From: the human T2T-CHM13v2.0 reference genome, Homo sapiens | Direction: 5' to 3' (one strand) | Length of the DNA stretch: 64,000 bases | Assembly: GCF_009914755.1 (NCBI RefSeq) | Contig: NC_060944.1 | Part shown: piece after piece, positions 1 through 14,085 of the stretch | Position numbering within the stretch: position 1 is the stretch's first letter | Layout: every line of letters starts with the position of its first letter | Translations under genes and position numbers: made by a program | The notes under the pieces: model-generated | The model's input: the letters and a program-made list of their open reading frames with translations, nothing else | Databases searched by the model: none | What the model was told of the DNA's origin: nothing

Positions 1-888
1 TGAAAGACAACAGACTTTGAAAGAGAAAGTCGCTTAATTTTTTTAAAAAACACACTCGTGGCAGGCCGACTGTCCAATGTCTGCAAGAAAACTGTTCTTC
101 ACCATTTGGCTTTTAAAAAAAGAATTATTAAATTTTAAATTATAATTGTTAGGATTTGTACTAAGGTTTTCTATTGTTTTGGAAGACTGGCCATTATGCC
201 TACTTTATTTTACACAAATAGATGGCAGAGTACGCGCGCTCCTCACAATTGCTTCACAGCAAACCCATTCTTAGAGATGGAGCTAATGAAGGGGGCTAAT
301 TGTAACACACAGTCTATTCAGAGAATGCAAATGTTGGACAATAGAGTACATCTTTCCCTTTTTCTATTAGTAATTGAGGAGTAAATGGAGATCTTGTTAA
401 GGATCTTAGAAGTTTGATCGTCACTGAGTGAGTTTGCCATTTTAATTTGCTTTCATCCCCAAAACAGATCTGTATTGAGACATGGCTACCTCAGCCAGAA
501 GCAGAGCTGCTGCACCTCAGACAGAATCTGTCCTCCACCCTCAACTTCATTGAACTGGGTCTGAGCTGCAGCAGGAAACAGGGAGAAGGGCTGGGGTGGG
601 GGAAGGGAGGCAAGGGAGGAATGGTCGGGAAAGTCTCTGGAAAGCATTCTAGACAGGTGGGGACTTCCAGATGTGGTATGGTTGGGGGCTTGGGAACTTG
701 GGAGGGTGTGCACCTTGGGAGAGTCATGAGTCCTAGGAAGAAGTCACAGAACCCACCCCAACCCCTGCAAAACGTCCAGCAGCTGGGAGTGGGGAGGCGC
801 TTAGCTAAGGGTGTCATACAGGGATAGTGATCTGCCTGTTCTTTCATGATGACCAAGAGCCCAGAGGCCTGAGCCTGAGGTAGGGAAG

Positions 889-890
<2 letters not shown>

Positions 891-928
<38 letters not shown>
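891..928. repeat. (GT)19 microsatellite
   Basis: Direct read. Confidence 0.97.
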
Positions 929-929
<1 letters not shown>

Positions 930-2769
930 ATGTGGTGTGTGAGAGAGAGGAGGCAGGGAAGGAGGAGAGAGATTGTGGAATGCAAGGGAGAAATCATGCA
1001 GTTACTTTTAGTTGTTTACTGAGCAAGGGCAAAATCTAAACCGCGCTTGCCACAATCAATGAAAGGATCGCCTCAGCTTCCAGAGTTGAGCTCCCTAAAT
1101 GAGTCTGGCATTCTGATAACTGCAGGTGAGCACCTGAGATCAACTCCTTCCCACTGCTCGATGCTGGGAAGAGATAGGGATGCATTTGTTCCTGAGCTCT
1201 GGGAAGGGAGAGGCAAGAGGGGGATTTAATTGTCTGCCTGGGTGAATCGAAATGTCCTTTAAAGCACAGAAATCAAGAGAGATTGGCCTTTAATTGGTAA
1301 ACTTTGCTGATTGGGGGAGGTGGTAATTAAAATGGAAAGAGGACAAAATACAGATTGGCTACTGCTTCCCCCACTGTCTCGCCCCCATAAACAGCCCCCA
1401 AAATTGGTATTCTCCTCCCCTCTGGCCATCTTTACAAGGCTCAGCACACAATCTGATTGTGGGTAATTGTGTCATTCTTGTGTCCCAACCTTAGTCTAAC
1501 ACTCAGTTGTCCAGTTTGGAGTGAGAATACAATTTTATCTAGAACTCTGTTCACTTCCAAGAGTTGGCCATACACATGCCAACACGTGAGGAGCTGGCCT
1601 TAGAATCCAATTGTCTGCCTGTCTCTGAAATGCCGAAATGGAAGATGCTAAGTCTGCAGGGAATCTCACACCACTAAAAATGGACAGGCCAGGGAACTTA
1701 GCTTCCCGGATATTGAAAAGTAAAGGAGACCTCCAAGCCAAGCCTGAGCCCTGATTTGAGGAGGTCTAGTGCTCATTTCCACTCTGTGTCCCCGGAGCCT
1801 GGCACAAGCTTGGCAACTGTTCACATGCACACTCAGATGCACTCTGCTGGAGTGGTGCTCTTGTATGCGATGGGCCTACTGGGTCCTGGGCAGCATCCTC
1901 CCTCCCTGAGGGCTGCAGGTTGATGTGCCTAGGCCAGCATCCTATTCAGGGGCAAACCCCAGAGGCAGGTGTTTATGGAGATCTGCATTGGCATATATGT
2001 GAGGGGTGGGAGGGGGAGGCTTGCCGCGGGGGCTGGGGCCAGGGCGTGCTGGGGACCAGCTGTGGGCGGTGTATGCATTCCAGCTATGCTGTCACCTGGG
2101 TTGTCAGGCCACCAGGTGCAGGTCAGGGGGAGGTCAGAGGCAAGAGCCTCTTAGGACATTCCTAGCCCTTGCTCCCAGAATCCCTCGGTAGGGAATAAGG
2201 CAGACAGGCTGTAGCTCAGAAATGATTTGGCTATGTGGGTTGTTTTAAACTTATATGTCAGCCCTTAGTCTCTGCCCCTGACATTTTCTCTCTTGTCTGG
2301 CATTTTCTCCTTCTAATCACAATGTAAGAGCCTGCTTGCTGCCTCCTACTTTCCAGCACTGGCTAGCTGGCCCTGGAAGCATCAGTGGGGAGAAAAGCGT
2401 GGTCCAGGACTGAATGAACTTCTGCCCAACTTCGAGGGACCATGGCCACATAAGAATTCTGACTGTTACCCCAGAAGACAGCATGAGAATCCAGCCTGAT
2501 CCCAGACATCACCCATCCTCGTCTCTTCTAGGACAGTCCACGGGGTTTGTGCCATCCTTCCAGGGGGTACCAAAGCCTGGCTCTTCTGAGATCTTCCAGT
2601 TTCTTTCCAGCCTCCCCCTAACACTTCAGATGTCCCTACTCATTTTCCAGATTCTGGAGTTCTGGTGAAGGCCGGCCTCCTAATTCATTGAAATAGGAAT
2701 TGTCTGTGCCCCAGAGTCCTGGGAAGCCAGAATAAGTTGAGGGAATATGAGTTGAAAGACTCCAGCTCA

Positions 2770-2930
2770 AAGCTGCGCTGTGAAATTGGAGCAAGTTACC
2801 TAACTTCTCTCAGCCCCAAGACCATTACCTGTAAATTATGATTTCCACCAGCAGGAAGTGGGGAAGCTTAAAAGAGATCCTGTTCAGGAAGATACCTTGC
2901 ATGGTTCCTGGCACCTAGGAGAACCCCACT
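2770..2930 (+). mobile_element. MIR SINE fragment
   Basis: tgtga..gcaagttacctaacttctctcagcc..cctgtaaa resembles the MIR core. Confidence 0.55.
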
Positions 2931-4622
2931 CAATTGTGATTGGATTGACTAGAGTTTCCATTCAAAATAAGAGAGGGCAGGACGTGGATGGGAGCATGAA
3001 GGCCACTGAAAACACTAAAATGGTAAAACAAAGTTTCTGCCTATAAATTGACTAACTTTTCTGAAGGAAAAGTCTCTCTTTTCTAGAGAGGATTTTCTCA
3101 ACTAGCAGGGGATAGATTTGTTGAAGTTACAACTTCTTTCTGTGTGTGAACTGCCCCAATTAATGTAGCTCAGAATCACAGAACAAATGAAAAATATATA
3201 GTGAAATTGATCTCCTTTATTTGAAACTTAAAATGGGTTTGTGGAGGTAAAGCAGGCAAAAAGCTTGATCAGAGCTTTATATTTTATACTGAAGGGTGCA
3301 CATGTTGATATCTTGACTTTTTTGCTAAAGATGCTTCTGATTTCCATATGAAGCTCTCTATAACCCAGCTCCTGCCCTGGAACCTCACCCTATTCCTTCA
3401 CTGAAAACGTCATCTAATCATCATCTGTCCTTTTCGATTATCCAGCTATCTACCTCAGGCCTTAGTGCCTTCCAAGCCCTCTCCTCCAAATACTTCCAAA
3501 GATTGTTTTATGTTTTCAAATAAAGCACTTTTAACATTCATGAATTCAAGTTAGGAATTATATATATGCTTTCCTTTCAGTAAGCAACAATTTCCCAACA
3601 AAATTCAATATATAATTACTTCTGCTTTATAAAAATAGAAGGAATAATAAATTGAGATTATATTTTTCATTAAATACCAAGTCAAAATTCACATGCATGC
3701 AATCCTATTTTTATTTGCTCAGATCATTACCAACCCTAGTTCAAAAACATCCCTGCTTATTTTTGGACCTGTGTCTTATTATTTTCAAATCATTGAAACA
3801 ATGGGAAAGCTGATTTACTGATTAAAAAATAAACTAGGACCCAACCATTTAAAGAAGCAGAGATTGAACCACATAAGCAAGTAGAACTAAAAAACAGTAA
3901 ACAATTCTCGTCACAAAGTTATAATGCTGCATTACACGCCAGTATTTTTCCCTTACACATATGTTTGTGAGGCTGAAATATTCTCTCTCAATAAATTTAA
4001 TGATGTTTAAGTCAAGAAAGTATAGTATTGCCAGCATCATCTCCTGACACTGCTGGGAATATTGCTGCCTCTGATTAACAAGAGAGGGTTAAACCCCAGG
4101 CACTTGCCCTGGTGGGAAGTGAGACCTCTAGCTTTGCATGAATGAATGTAACTTAATTTGTTGCTTCTTTTAGCACTCCCAGCTATCAGTTGTGTTATCT
4201 AACAGTGAAATATCACCCCTTCTTTAGAGAGAGATTGAGGACAAGTAAGTCAATGCTTTTTAATGTGAACCTGCGGGGGGCGGGGGGAGTGGTGACAATG
4301 ACATCTGACCAGTCCATGTGAATGTTGGCAGTGAGCTCAGAGCTCTGACAAACAGCAACTAACGTAAAAAATAAGCACACTGGTGTGAAGGTATGCTTGT
4401 AAAAACTCCCTGTCCTCTCTACCTTTTCATGAGTGGTACTTTAGCACAAGGTGGCAGCTTCTTCTGCAGAGGATACAAATGATCTGGACTAGGCCCCAAG
4501 GGTGCAGGGACTGAGGGGGAGGGGAGAATAGGCATCACCTCCAGTCTAGCAAGAGGGACTGCCACGGAATTACAGCTTGTAAAATAAGCCTCCATCAGTC
4601 TCCCAGGAGACAGCCGGCCTCA

Positions 4623-4643
4623 ACTTGGGTGTTCCCTGCTTGT
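4623..4643 (-). promoter_or_regulatory. Gli-binding site of the FOXA2 floor-plate (3') enhancer
   Basis: Minus strand reads ACAAGCAGGGAACACCCAAGT, core GAACACCCA at 4626-4634. Matches my recollection of the HNF-3beta 3'Gli-BS oligo, and it lies 3' of the gene as expected. Confidence 0.85.
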
Positions 4644-5949
4644 TAGCCTCAGTCATAATTGGTCTCTCCTCCCATCCCACGTTGTTGGTTTTCTGTGTGT
4701 GGCTTTTGGTGTGAGCGTGTTAGGTCATCAACAAATACAATAGCGGGAGGGGGCAACTGGGGACACACATGATTGTTTTAGAGAAGAAAGGAGAAAAGGG
4801 ATAAGAGAGTGGGCAGGAAGGCTGTGAACAGAATGGGGAAGATGGCCCAGGATTTAGGCTTCCGAGGCACCCCCTGGAGTGCTCCAGGGTAGGGAACTCC
4901 CTGGGAGTTTTGTTAAAGGGAGAAGAGGCCTGCTGGGAGCTGGGGACCCTGCTGAGCTCCGCTGAGGACATTCATCCATTCAACGCTATTTTTGTTTGCT
5001 TGTCTCTGGGGGTGCCTGTAACATCCTGCCCACATCCGGTGCCTCTCATCAAAAAAGAATTTTTCAAAAAATCCCAATCAGGGTGATTTGCTCTAGAAAG
5101 GCCACGTGTGTGGAGCTGAAGACCTAAAGAACAGCCCAGGACCCTGGCGGGGGTAGGGTGTGGGTCACAGGCCTTCATCCTTTTTCCATCCATTGTTAAA
5201 ATAGATTCTCACTATCTTGTCTCTCCATCCCCCATCTCCTTTTACCTCTTCTCAGAGGAAAGCTGGGGATAGCGGCTACAGTAAATTTCTGATCTAAAGT
5301 TAACTATAAAGCCTAGAGTGGAGATGTCTTCGCATTTAAGGAAGGTTGAAGATACAGTGCATTGTTTTTGCTCAGAAGGGGAAAGATAAAGATAAGATCC
5401 CTAGACCCTTGAGTCTTTATTTACTGTAAAAAGAACATTTGACTGGGAAGGAAAGAGCAAGAAGTGTAATTAAGTCAAGTCGCAAATTTTGGGGATTGAT
5501 TATTTTTTTCTGTTTGTATGTTTCAAAGTTTTACATTTTACTCGACAACCCCTGGCTGGCCTGGTTGCCATGGTGCTGCCTCCAGGGCTGGTGTCCATGC
5601 TGTCCCCCACCCAGTAGGATTTCAGGTCTGAAATCTTGTTCTTTTGCTACAGCAGGGACAGCAAACTGGAGCTAATGGCACTAGGGTGTGCGTGGGGGTG
5701 GAGGTGGTCTATTCTGTATGGCAGGACTTGATGCCTACGACTTTGCGGACATAAGCCAGAACGGGCTGCTTGCAACTCCAGGTTCATGGTGTTTGGGAGG
5801 AAAATGTTTCCTTTCCTGCGCTCTCTTGCGGGGTGAAGGTGCATAGTCAGAAAAGGCCTTGCTGCTCTTTTGAAACATAACTGGTGTCTGCACATTCCAG
5901 ATCTCATCTCGGCCACCCCTCCCTCCAAGCCAGGGCCACCTCCAGACCC

Positions 5950-8900
5950 CCGGATGTGTAGAAGCATGCACTGCCCCGAAGAAAACGCGTTGCCCCCAGG
6001 TAACTTCAGGTACCTCCTAGGGCTAACGCCTCCTTCTATGCCATATTGAGCCTTATCTCTTGCTTCTTCCCGCCCCCCTCCCACATTAAAAGGCCCCCAA
6101 AGCATTGAGGAGCGGCTTCTCTTTATGAAGCTGGGGAGAAGGCGGGCGATAAAGATTGGGCGTTTAAATTGGCCATTTGGAAGATTACATCTCTTCAGCG
6201 AGGGTCTTTCTTTCAAAACTCGCACTGAATTAAGGGTCATGGCTACTCCGTACCCGGCTCTCAAAGGCACGGCACCTTTGAATTAGGTTGCGGAGTGGCC
6301 TGGGCGAGGGGACCCGGGGCCATCAAAGGCCCGAGGGAAGGCCGTGGGGCGACACCCGTCTAATGACAAGTAATTGAAGGATTCGACGCCGCGCATTACC
6401 AGCGGAACGGGAGGCATTAATTATTTAAAAACGATTAGCCTTGCCGTGTGTCCTGCAGGCGTCCCATCATGTTCAGCGAAGATAACCAGCCACCCGAGGC
6501 GAGCCGGGGCTCGGAGGGCGGCGGGCGCGCTCCCCAGCAGGCTTCGGGTGCGGTGGACACGGGCGCACAGCCCAAGGCACCAGGGAAGGAGAGGAGGGGC
6601 CACCAAGGGTCCCCACACAGGAAGGTGACTACATAACACTGACCCTGCTGAACAACGAAACAGATTTCTGCCCACTTGGGTTCGAAGTCTGGTGACTGCG
6701 GCGCAGATGGGAAAAGCTTTCCGGTCGGGGGTGGTGGGCAATTTCCATGTGCCAGTTCCCTGTCGCATCAGACCAAAGACCCAAAGTAACCCAGCCAGGC
6801 ACGGGCCTCTCACAGTGCCTGCTACCCAGGCGTTTAAAGAAAAGACCCCAGAGAGAATGTGGATCTGGCGTGGGGGCAGGGATTGGGGGGGGGCGCTGGT
6901 AGACACCTGGGGAAATACAACTTTATGAGGTTTCAAGGGGCAGCAGCAGAACTACTATTTTTCCGAGGTCCACGCCTTTCCGCAGGCGGCGGAAAGACGC
7001 GGCTGGTTCTGTTGGGTCCTACAAACTCGCGTCCTCCGGAATTCCCGAGGGCAAGCCCGGCACGCGCGAGCGTGCTCCTGCCCGTGGAAGGGGGGAAATC
7101 GGCGACTGGGTTGCAGGGAGAATGCGATGATAAATGGCCCTGCGTCTGCTTTCTGACTTTCTCTCCTGGACCCAGCTCGTAACCCCAGAGGCTCCCCAAC
7201 CTGCCTGCCGCCAAGCACGGCTGTGCGCAAAAGGCCACCAGCCGCTTCCTGCAGCCAGAGCTAAGGTTCACTCGCCTCTTAGAAAGGCGCGGCCCCTCCC
7301 CTGCTGCTGCTTGATGACGATCCCCATCGTCTCCTCGGCCTGCCTGTGTCCGAGAAAGAGTTGAGACTGGACTCGAACCCCTGCGCGCCAAGGGGAGGGC
7401 GTCACCATGCTCCGGCCTCAGCCTCTTCAAACTCCCATGCACCACGCACATCATTTTCTGCTGACCCCCACACTAGATTCTGGGGCCAAGGGGGTTCCCC
7501 ACACCCCACCCTCCACTGTTCTCTGGAAACATGCTGCTCTCAGATCGAATCCCCAGACCCGAGCCGCTCGAGGGGCCTGTGTGGCTTCCTCGGGGCCCTA
7601 CCAAACTCCTCTAACTGAGCTCAGAGCCTAAGCGGTCTGAGTTTGCAACTCTACGACCCCTCATCCTTCCAAGTCATGCACTTTCCGAACCCCCTGCAAA
7701 AAAACCCAACGCCTTGAGTCTCAGTTGGCTGAGCTTACCACCAGCCAAGCCCGCCCGGGCGTCCGAGCCCTGGAAGGGAGAAGGACTGGCTGGGGGAGGG
7801 GCGGTGAGCGGACAGGAGTGGGGTGCGGACGCTGAGGAGGGGAGCCGGGCGCGGTCCCCGGGTGGGCGCGCTCCCTACCTGCGGCGGCCGGCGGGCCGGC
7901 TGGCGGGCGGGCTGCGGAGCGTCCAGCTCGCGGAGGGAGGAGGCCGACTGCTCCGAGCCGAGGCATCCCCGCATTTATTTGAGCTCAAACCAAGCGACTG
8001 TTGACTTTAGCACACAAAGCAAAGATTTCACTGCCCGCTAGTTTAAAAATGAATATTTTACCAAGATATCGATCAGCGTTATAAAATTCAGTTAAGTACA
8101 ATGGGATCCTGGCAAAAAAAAAAAAAAAAGAATAATAAAGGAGGGGGGAGGCAATATAATATCTGTGCAAATTTGCTGAAGTGTGACGTGGCATGGAAAG
8201 TTTACCCTCCTGGAATTCGGATCTAGAATGTTTTTTTCGGTTGTTTACAGACTTTGTTTATTCACAGATCATGGTTGCTTAAACCGGCGCGCGGAAAGCG
8301 TGGGGAAAAAAGGAAAAAAAGGAGGGGGGAGAGTCTCTGCACCCCACAATGAGTAGAGTTGGGGAAAGCGCGCAGTGGCGATTTGTGAGCTCGTTATCTC
8401 GGAACCCGGGCTAGGGGAGGGATTTAAGCGGGAGGGGGGCGTGAAAGACACAAGAAGCACAGAAAAGCCTCCGAAAGCGCCTGCTCCCCGACATCCTTTT
8501 TATGTATTCGGACAGAACTATATCTTATCGGCCGGGATCAGTGAAGGGGGGCGCGCTAAGTAGTTTAAAACGACCCTCGCACAATGGGCGTGCCATACGA
8601 AACATAGCAGGTTAGGGCAGCGCTTTCAGCCTCCATTGTCCCCCACTCGGCCCCCGGCCCTGCCTCTCGGCTCCTTCGCCACGGGAGCCTTTTATGTGAT
8701 AATGAAACACATTTCAGGCCGGGCTCACGACGTGTGTGTCCTTGCTAGGAGGAGAGACGGCCTGATTGCTGGCTGTGGCCTCCGGATCCCCCCCTCCCCA
8801 ATTTCTCTTCCTTGTGTTCTTCGGGACAATGTGGCATGTTAAGAAAGGGATTTGGTGGCGGGAGGGGGGCAGTGGCGGGTGGGAGGCGGAGGCGATGCCA

Positions 8901-9350
8901 AACCCCCCTCAAGCGCGTGGGAAGGCCAGGCTTGTTGGGGAAGGCGGCGGGGTGGGGGATGGGGTGGCAGAGACCCCAGCAAGGTAGCACTCAAAGACAG
9001 TCTCCAGGTCTGGGGCGTAGCTGGAACACTCCAGGTTAGGATGGTCAAGAAGCCCAAAGATCTAATCTTGAAAAAAGGAGCCTGAGCTTAGAAACCTGAG
9101 GCAAAAAGTCCTAGCCTCCAGGCTTTCGGAGTGTTTTTACCCACCGCAAGCCACTGCGCGCGGGAGTGGCTCCCAAGTCTGCCTGACCCGCGACGACACT
9201 GATCCTGCCCTCGCCCAGCCAGCAGATGTCCTGGGCAAAACCAACACCAGACTCCCCTTTGCGCTGTCGGCCTTGGTTTTCACTGCCGTTGGCCGTCCTT
9301 TTAGGCCAGCGAGGTCGTCTGGGGGGAGAGGCAGCATGGTGTATAAGAAT
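5950..9350. promoter_or_regulatory. CpG-island cluster around the LINC00261 promoter and intron 1
   Basis: High GC and dense CpG, especially 6250-7300 and 7750-8950. Confidence 0.75.
8012..8270 (-). promoter_or_regulatory. LINC00261 proximal promoter
   Basis: TATA-like element ~8045, ATCGAT (CUT-type) ~8068, ACAATGG (SOX) ~8098, TGACGTGGCA 8184-8193, forkhead TGTTTAC 8242-8248 and TGTTTAT 8255-8261. Confidence 0.65.
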
Positions 9351-10059
9351 TCACTCTGGGATTTTTCGTTATACTTTTAGAGTCCTTGAAGGCTCACAAA
9401 ATACCTGCATAACCCCTGGACCCTGCAAACCTGGATTGCCAACCTCACCTAACTTACAAGAAGATTTGCAAGAGCCTTGAGTTTTGGAGGGAGATGGGGA
9501 GCAAATTTGCCGACAGTGGCATCTTCACTACTGTCATGGTCCATTGGCCAGACACCCCTTACCTCCTCCTCACTCCCAAATATACCCTATTTTTAAAAAA
9601 CAGACTTGGATTGTTACCCTGACTTACCCTTTCAAACCAATTCCAGGAGAAGATCTTCTAAATGTTTCCCTACACCAAGTGTCTCGCCATTTCTGGGTTA
9701 GTAAGGTCTTTCTGGGTTAGAAAGGTCTGCCATGGTTGTGCACAATACCTGCTCCAGGGAGAAGGGTGGGAAAGGGTGGCACCCTGTGTACAGAGGAGGC
9801 TGGAAGATCCAGGCAGAGTCCCAATTCCACCACTGTTCACAGTGGTGAACAGGCAAAGTGCTGCACCACAAATTTGCAAGTTTGATCCAGGCTCATTGAC
9901 CTGAAGGGAGGCCCAAGATCAGAAGTACAGCAAAAACATGTGAAATTGAGGCTTCCCCCAAGAGAAGCAAGCTGTGGGGCCCAAGAGACCACAACAACAG
10001 GGCACATTCAAACAGCCAAGGTGGAAAATTGTGATATGTGGAGAGTGATCTTCTACTGG

Positions 10060-10410
10060 CTTTAAAAATAAACCTGCTGGAATGGTCTTCCTGGGATCTG
10101 TGTATTTCATTGTGTGTAAAGTTAACCCCCAAATTCAAAAAGTAACCATAAACCATACAAGTTCCATTTAATAATGTGCTTGCTTTAGTGTTTAGGGGGA
10201 TGTGTACTGGTATCTGCAAATTTGAAGTGGATTTAGAGAAATAAGATGGATTGACCAGTGGAGGTGAAGATAGATGGACAAGTATGTGATAAAGCAAGTA
10301 TAATGAAATGTTAATTGCAGAATCTCGGGAGCAGGTCCCTGTGTGCCTACTGTAAAATTCATTCAATTTTGGTATGTCTGAAAATTTTATTAATAAAATG
10401 TTGGGAAAAC
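10060..10410 (+). mobile_element. Ancient L1 (L1ME-type) 3' end, antisense to FOXA2
   Basis: ctgtaaaattc..tcaa..tgtctgaaaatttt..taataaaatgttgggaaaa is typical of an L1ME 3' terminus. Confidence 0.65.
10386..10391 (-). terminator. FOXA2: FOXA2 distal polyadenylation signal AATAAA
   Basis: tttatt on plus strand; consistent with recalled mRNA end near 10370. Confidence 0.65.
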
Positions 10411-10570
10411 AGCAACACTCCCTGGGCCAAAATAAAATACAACCTGCAACCAGACAGGGTATCCCTCCCTCCTTCTTGAAATAATTTCCAAGCCTGTATA
10501 TTTTGTAAGCCAAGTAAAGAAAAGAAAAATCTGGAAGAAAAGATTCAAGGGATAAAACCGGGTATAACAC

Positions 10571-10576
10571 TTTAAT
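10571..10576 (-). terminator. FOXA2: FOXA2 proximal polyadenylation signal ATTAAA
   Basis: tttaat on plus strand, followed on minus by a U-rich downstream tract (10520-10545). Confidence 0.6.
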
Positions 10577-11218
10577 ATAGATTTGTGGAACTCTGGCCCT
10601 TGCAGCCAGAATACACATTTATAAGCCATAAATAAAGCACGCAGAAACCATAAATTAATCGGACCCGAGACCTGGATTTCACCGTGTCAAGATTGGGAAT
10701 GCTTTTTTTTTCTTTTTCTTGGTCATTTACAACAGACCCTTACATTATTTTTTTTCCTGTTTTTAAACAATAGTACAACCCTCTGGTTCTGTTAAAACTA
10801 CATGGTTTTACACCGAGTCACTCACAAAATTTTTTTTTTTTTTTAAGTAAGACTTCCCTGCAACAACAGCAATGGAGGAGAACAACAACAACAAAAAAAT
10901 CAGAATCTGCAGGTGCTTGAAGAAGCAGGAGTCTACACAGTAGTGGAAACCGGAGGCTTTTTTTTAACTTTATATTCTTTCCCGTTTTCCTCCTTATATA
11001 GAACGTGGGGTATCTGTGTGGCCCTCTGTTTGGGACGGAACGGCTGCAGCGGGTGAAGAAGACTGCTGTCTTGGGGGTGTTGGGGTGGGGGTGTTATGGA
11101 TTTCTTCTCCCTTGCGTCTCTGCAACACCGTCTCCCCAAAGTCTCGACCCCCACTTGCTCTCTCACTTGTCCTCGATCCGGGGTGCCAGAGTTAGCCGGG
11201 CCTGAAGCCGTCGTCTTC

Positions 11219-12682
<1,464 letters not shown>

Positions 12683-13380
12683 TCAGGGAGAGTCATGATC
12701 GATCGCCCTTGGGAAGGTGGCGAGCGGATTGCTGCTTGGGCATGTGGCCCGTTCCTAGCCCTTCTCCACCTCGCCCAGATTCTAGAACAGGGGTCCCATG
12801 GAGTACTCCCAAGCCAGCACCCCAAATACATTCCCCTACCCCAGAGTCTCCCCAAACTCTCCCACCAGCATACTGAGCTGGCGCCGAGGCCCGAAGTCCC
12901 CGGACGCCACCTCCGGTCGCAGCAAGCAACCTGCGGGACAACGCGCGGGGCGCCTCGGGCTGCCTCCAGCGAAGACTGTCCCGGGCCCCCTCTGTCCGGT
13001 CTCCCTCCAGGGACCCCCTCCCTTGTCCCAGGGAAACTGCAAGGCAGTGCCTGTGCGGAGTGCGGGGGCGGCTGGAGGCACTGAACGGGGCAATAGGGAA
13101 AGAACCGAGACCTGAACCACACGCGGCTGAGCTTTGCAGGCAAAAACTTTCTTTCTCTTTGTCCACTAGTCTTTGACTCTGCCTCCACTTCAGCCCCCAA
13201 CTCCTACCCATCTTCTCCTCCTCAGCTCCCCACCCCCTCGCCGGCCGACCTCCCACCCCTCCCCAGCCGCGCGCTGCCAAACATAACTCTGTTAGGATAG
13301 TGCGTGGCTCGGCCACGAAGAGGATTTGGAGGCGCCGCAAGTCAATATTTGATCACAAAGTTAATATTATCTCAAGGCTA

Positions 13381-13832
<452 letters not shown>

Positions 13833-13998
13833 AGGTGGGGGGGGGCGAGGAGCGGAGGAGGCCCAGGCCAGCGCCCCGCGGTAGGGAGCACCCGCCGCCG
13901 CCGCGCTCACGGGCTGCCGGGTGGCGGCTGAGGTTGGCAGTGCCGAGCTGCCCCGAGGCGGCGGGAAGCGCGCGGCGCGGGGGCTAGTGGGGGGGTGG

Positions 13999-14085
13999 GG
14001 AGGAGGAGGAGGAAGGAGGAGGAGGAGGCGGTGGTGGTGGTGGAGGAGGAGGAGGAGGAGGAGGAGGAGGAGGAGGAGGAGGAGG
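13999..14085. repeat. Compound (GGA)5-A-(GGA)4..(GGT)4-(GGA)14 trinucleotide repeat, (TCC)n on the gene strand
   Basis: Direct read; pure (GGA)14 at 14042-14083. Confidence 0.95.

Larger units (their letters stand above)
1..8011 (-). ncRNA. LINC00261: LINC00261 (DEANR1) 5' part: exon 1 ~8011-7879, then mostly intronic sequence running off the left edge
   Basis: Lies ~2.4 kb downstream of FOXA2 on the same strand, as known for this lncRNA. TATA-like TTTTAAA on minus at ~8042-8048, about 30 nt upstream of ~8011. Consensus donor CAG|GTAGGG at 7879/7878 and alternative TG|GTAAGC at 7739/7738. TSS position partly recalled. Confidence 0.75.
10374..11218 (-). other. FOXA2: FOXA2 3' UTR
   Basis: Between stop TAA (11219-11221) and the polyA signals. 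Confidence 0.8.

Noticed and set aside
581-720. G-run clusters (potential G-quadruplex)
   Set aside because: Common in this GC-rich region; no specific context suggesting function
491-997. 168-aa ORF with THTHTH run
   Set aside because: Product of the (CA)n microsatellite
5647-7454. 171-207 aa ORFs in LINC00261 intron 1
   Set aside because: Expected in GC-rich DNA; no homology or exon structure evident; some begin at non-ATG codons
9893-10618. 241-aa minus-strand ORF after the FOXA2 stop
   Set aside because: Runs through 3' UTR and an antisense L1 remnant; no protein signature and crosses the polyA sites
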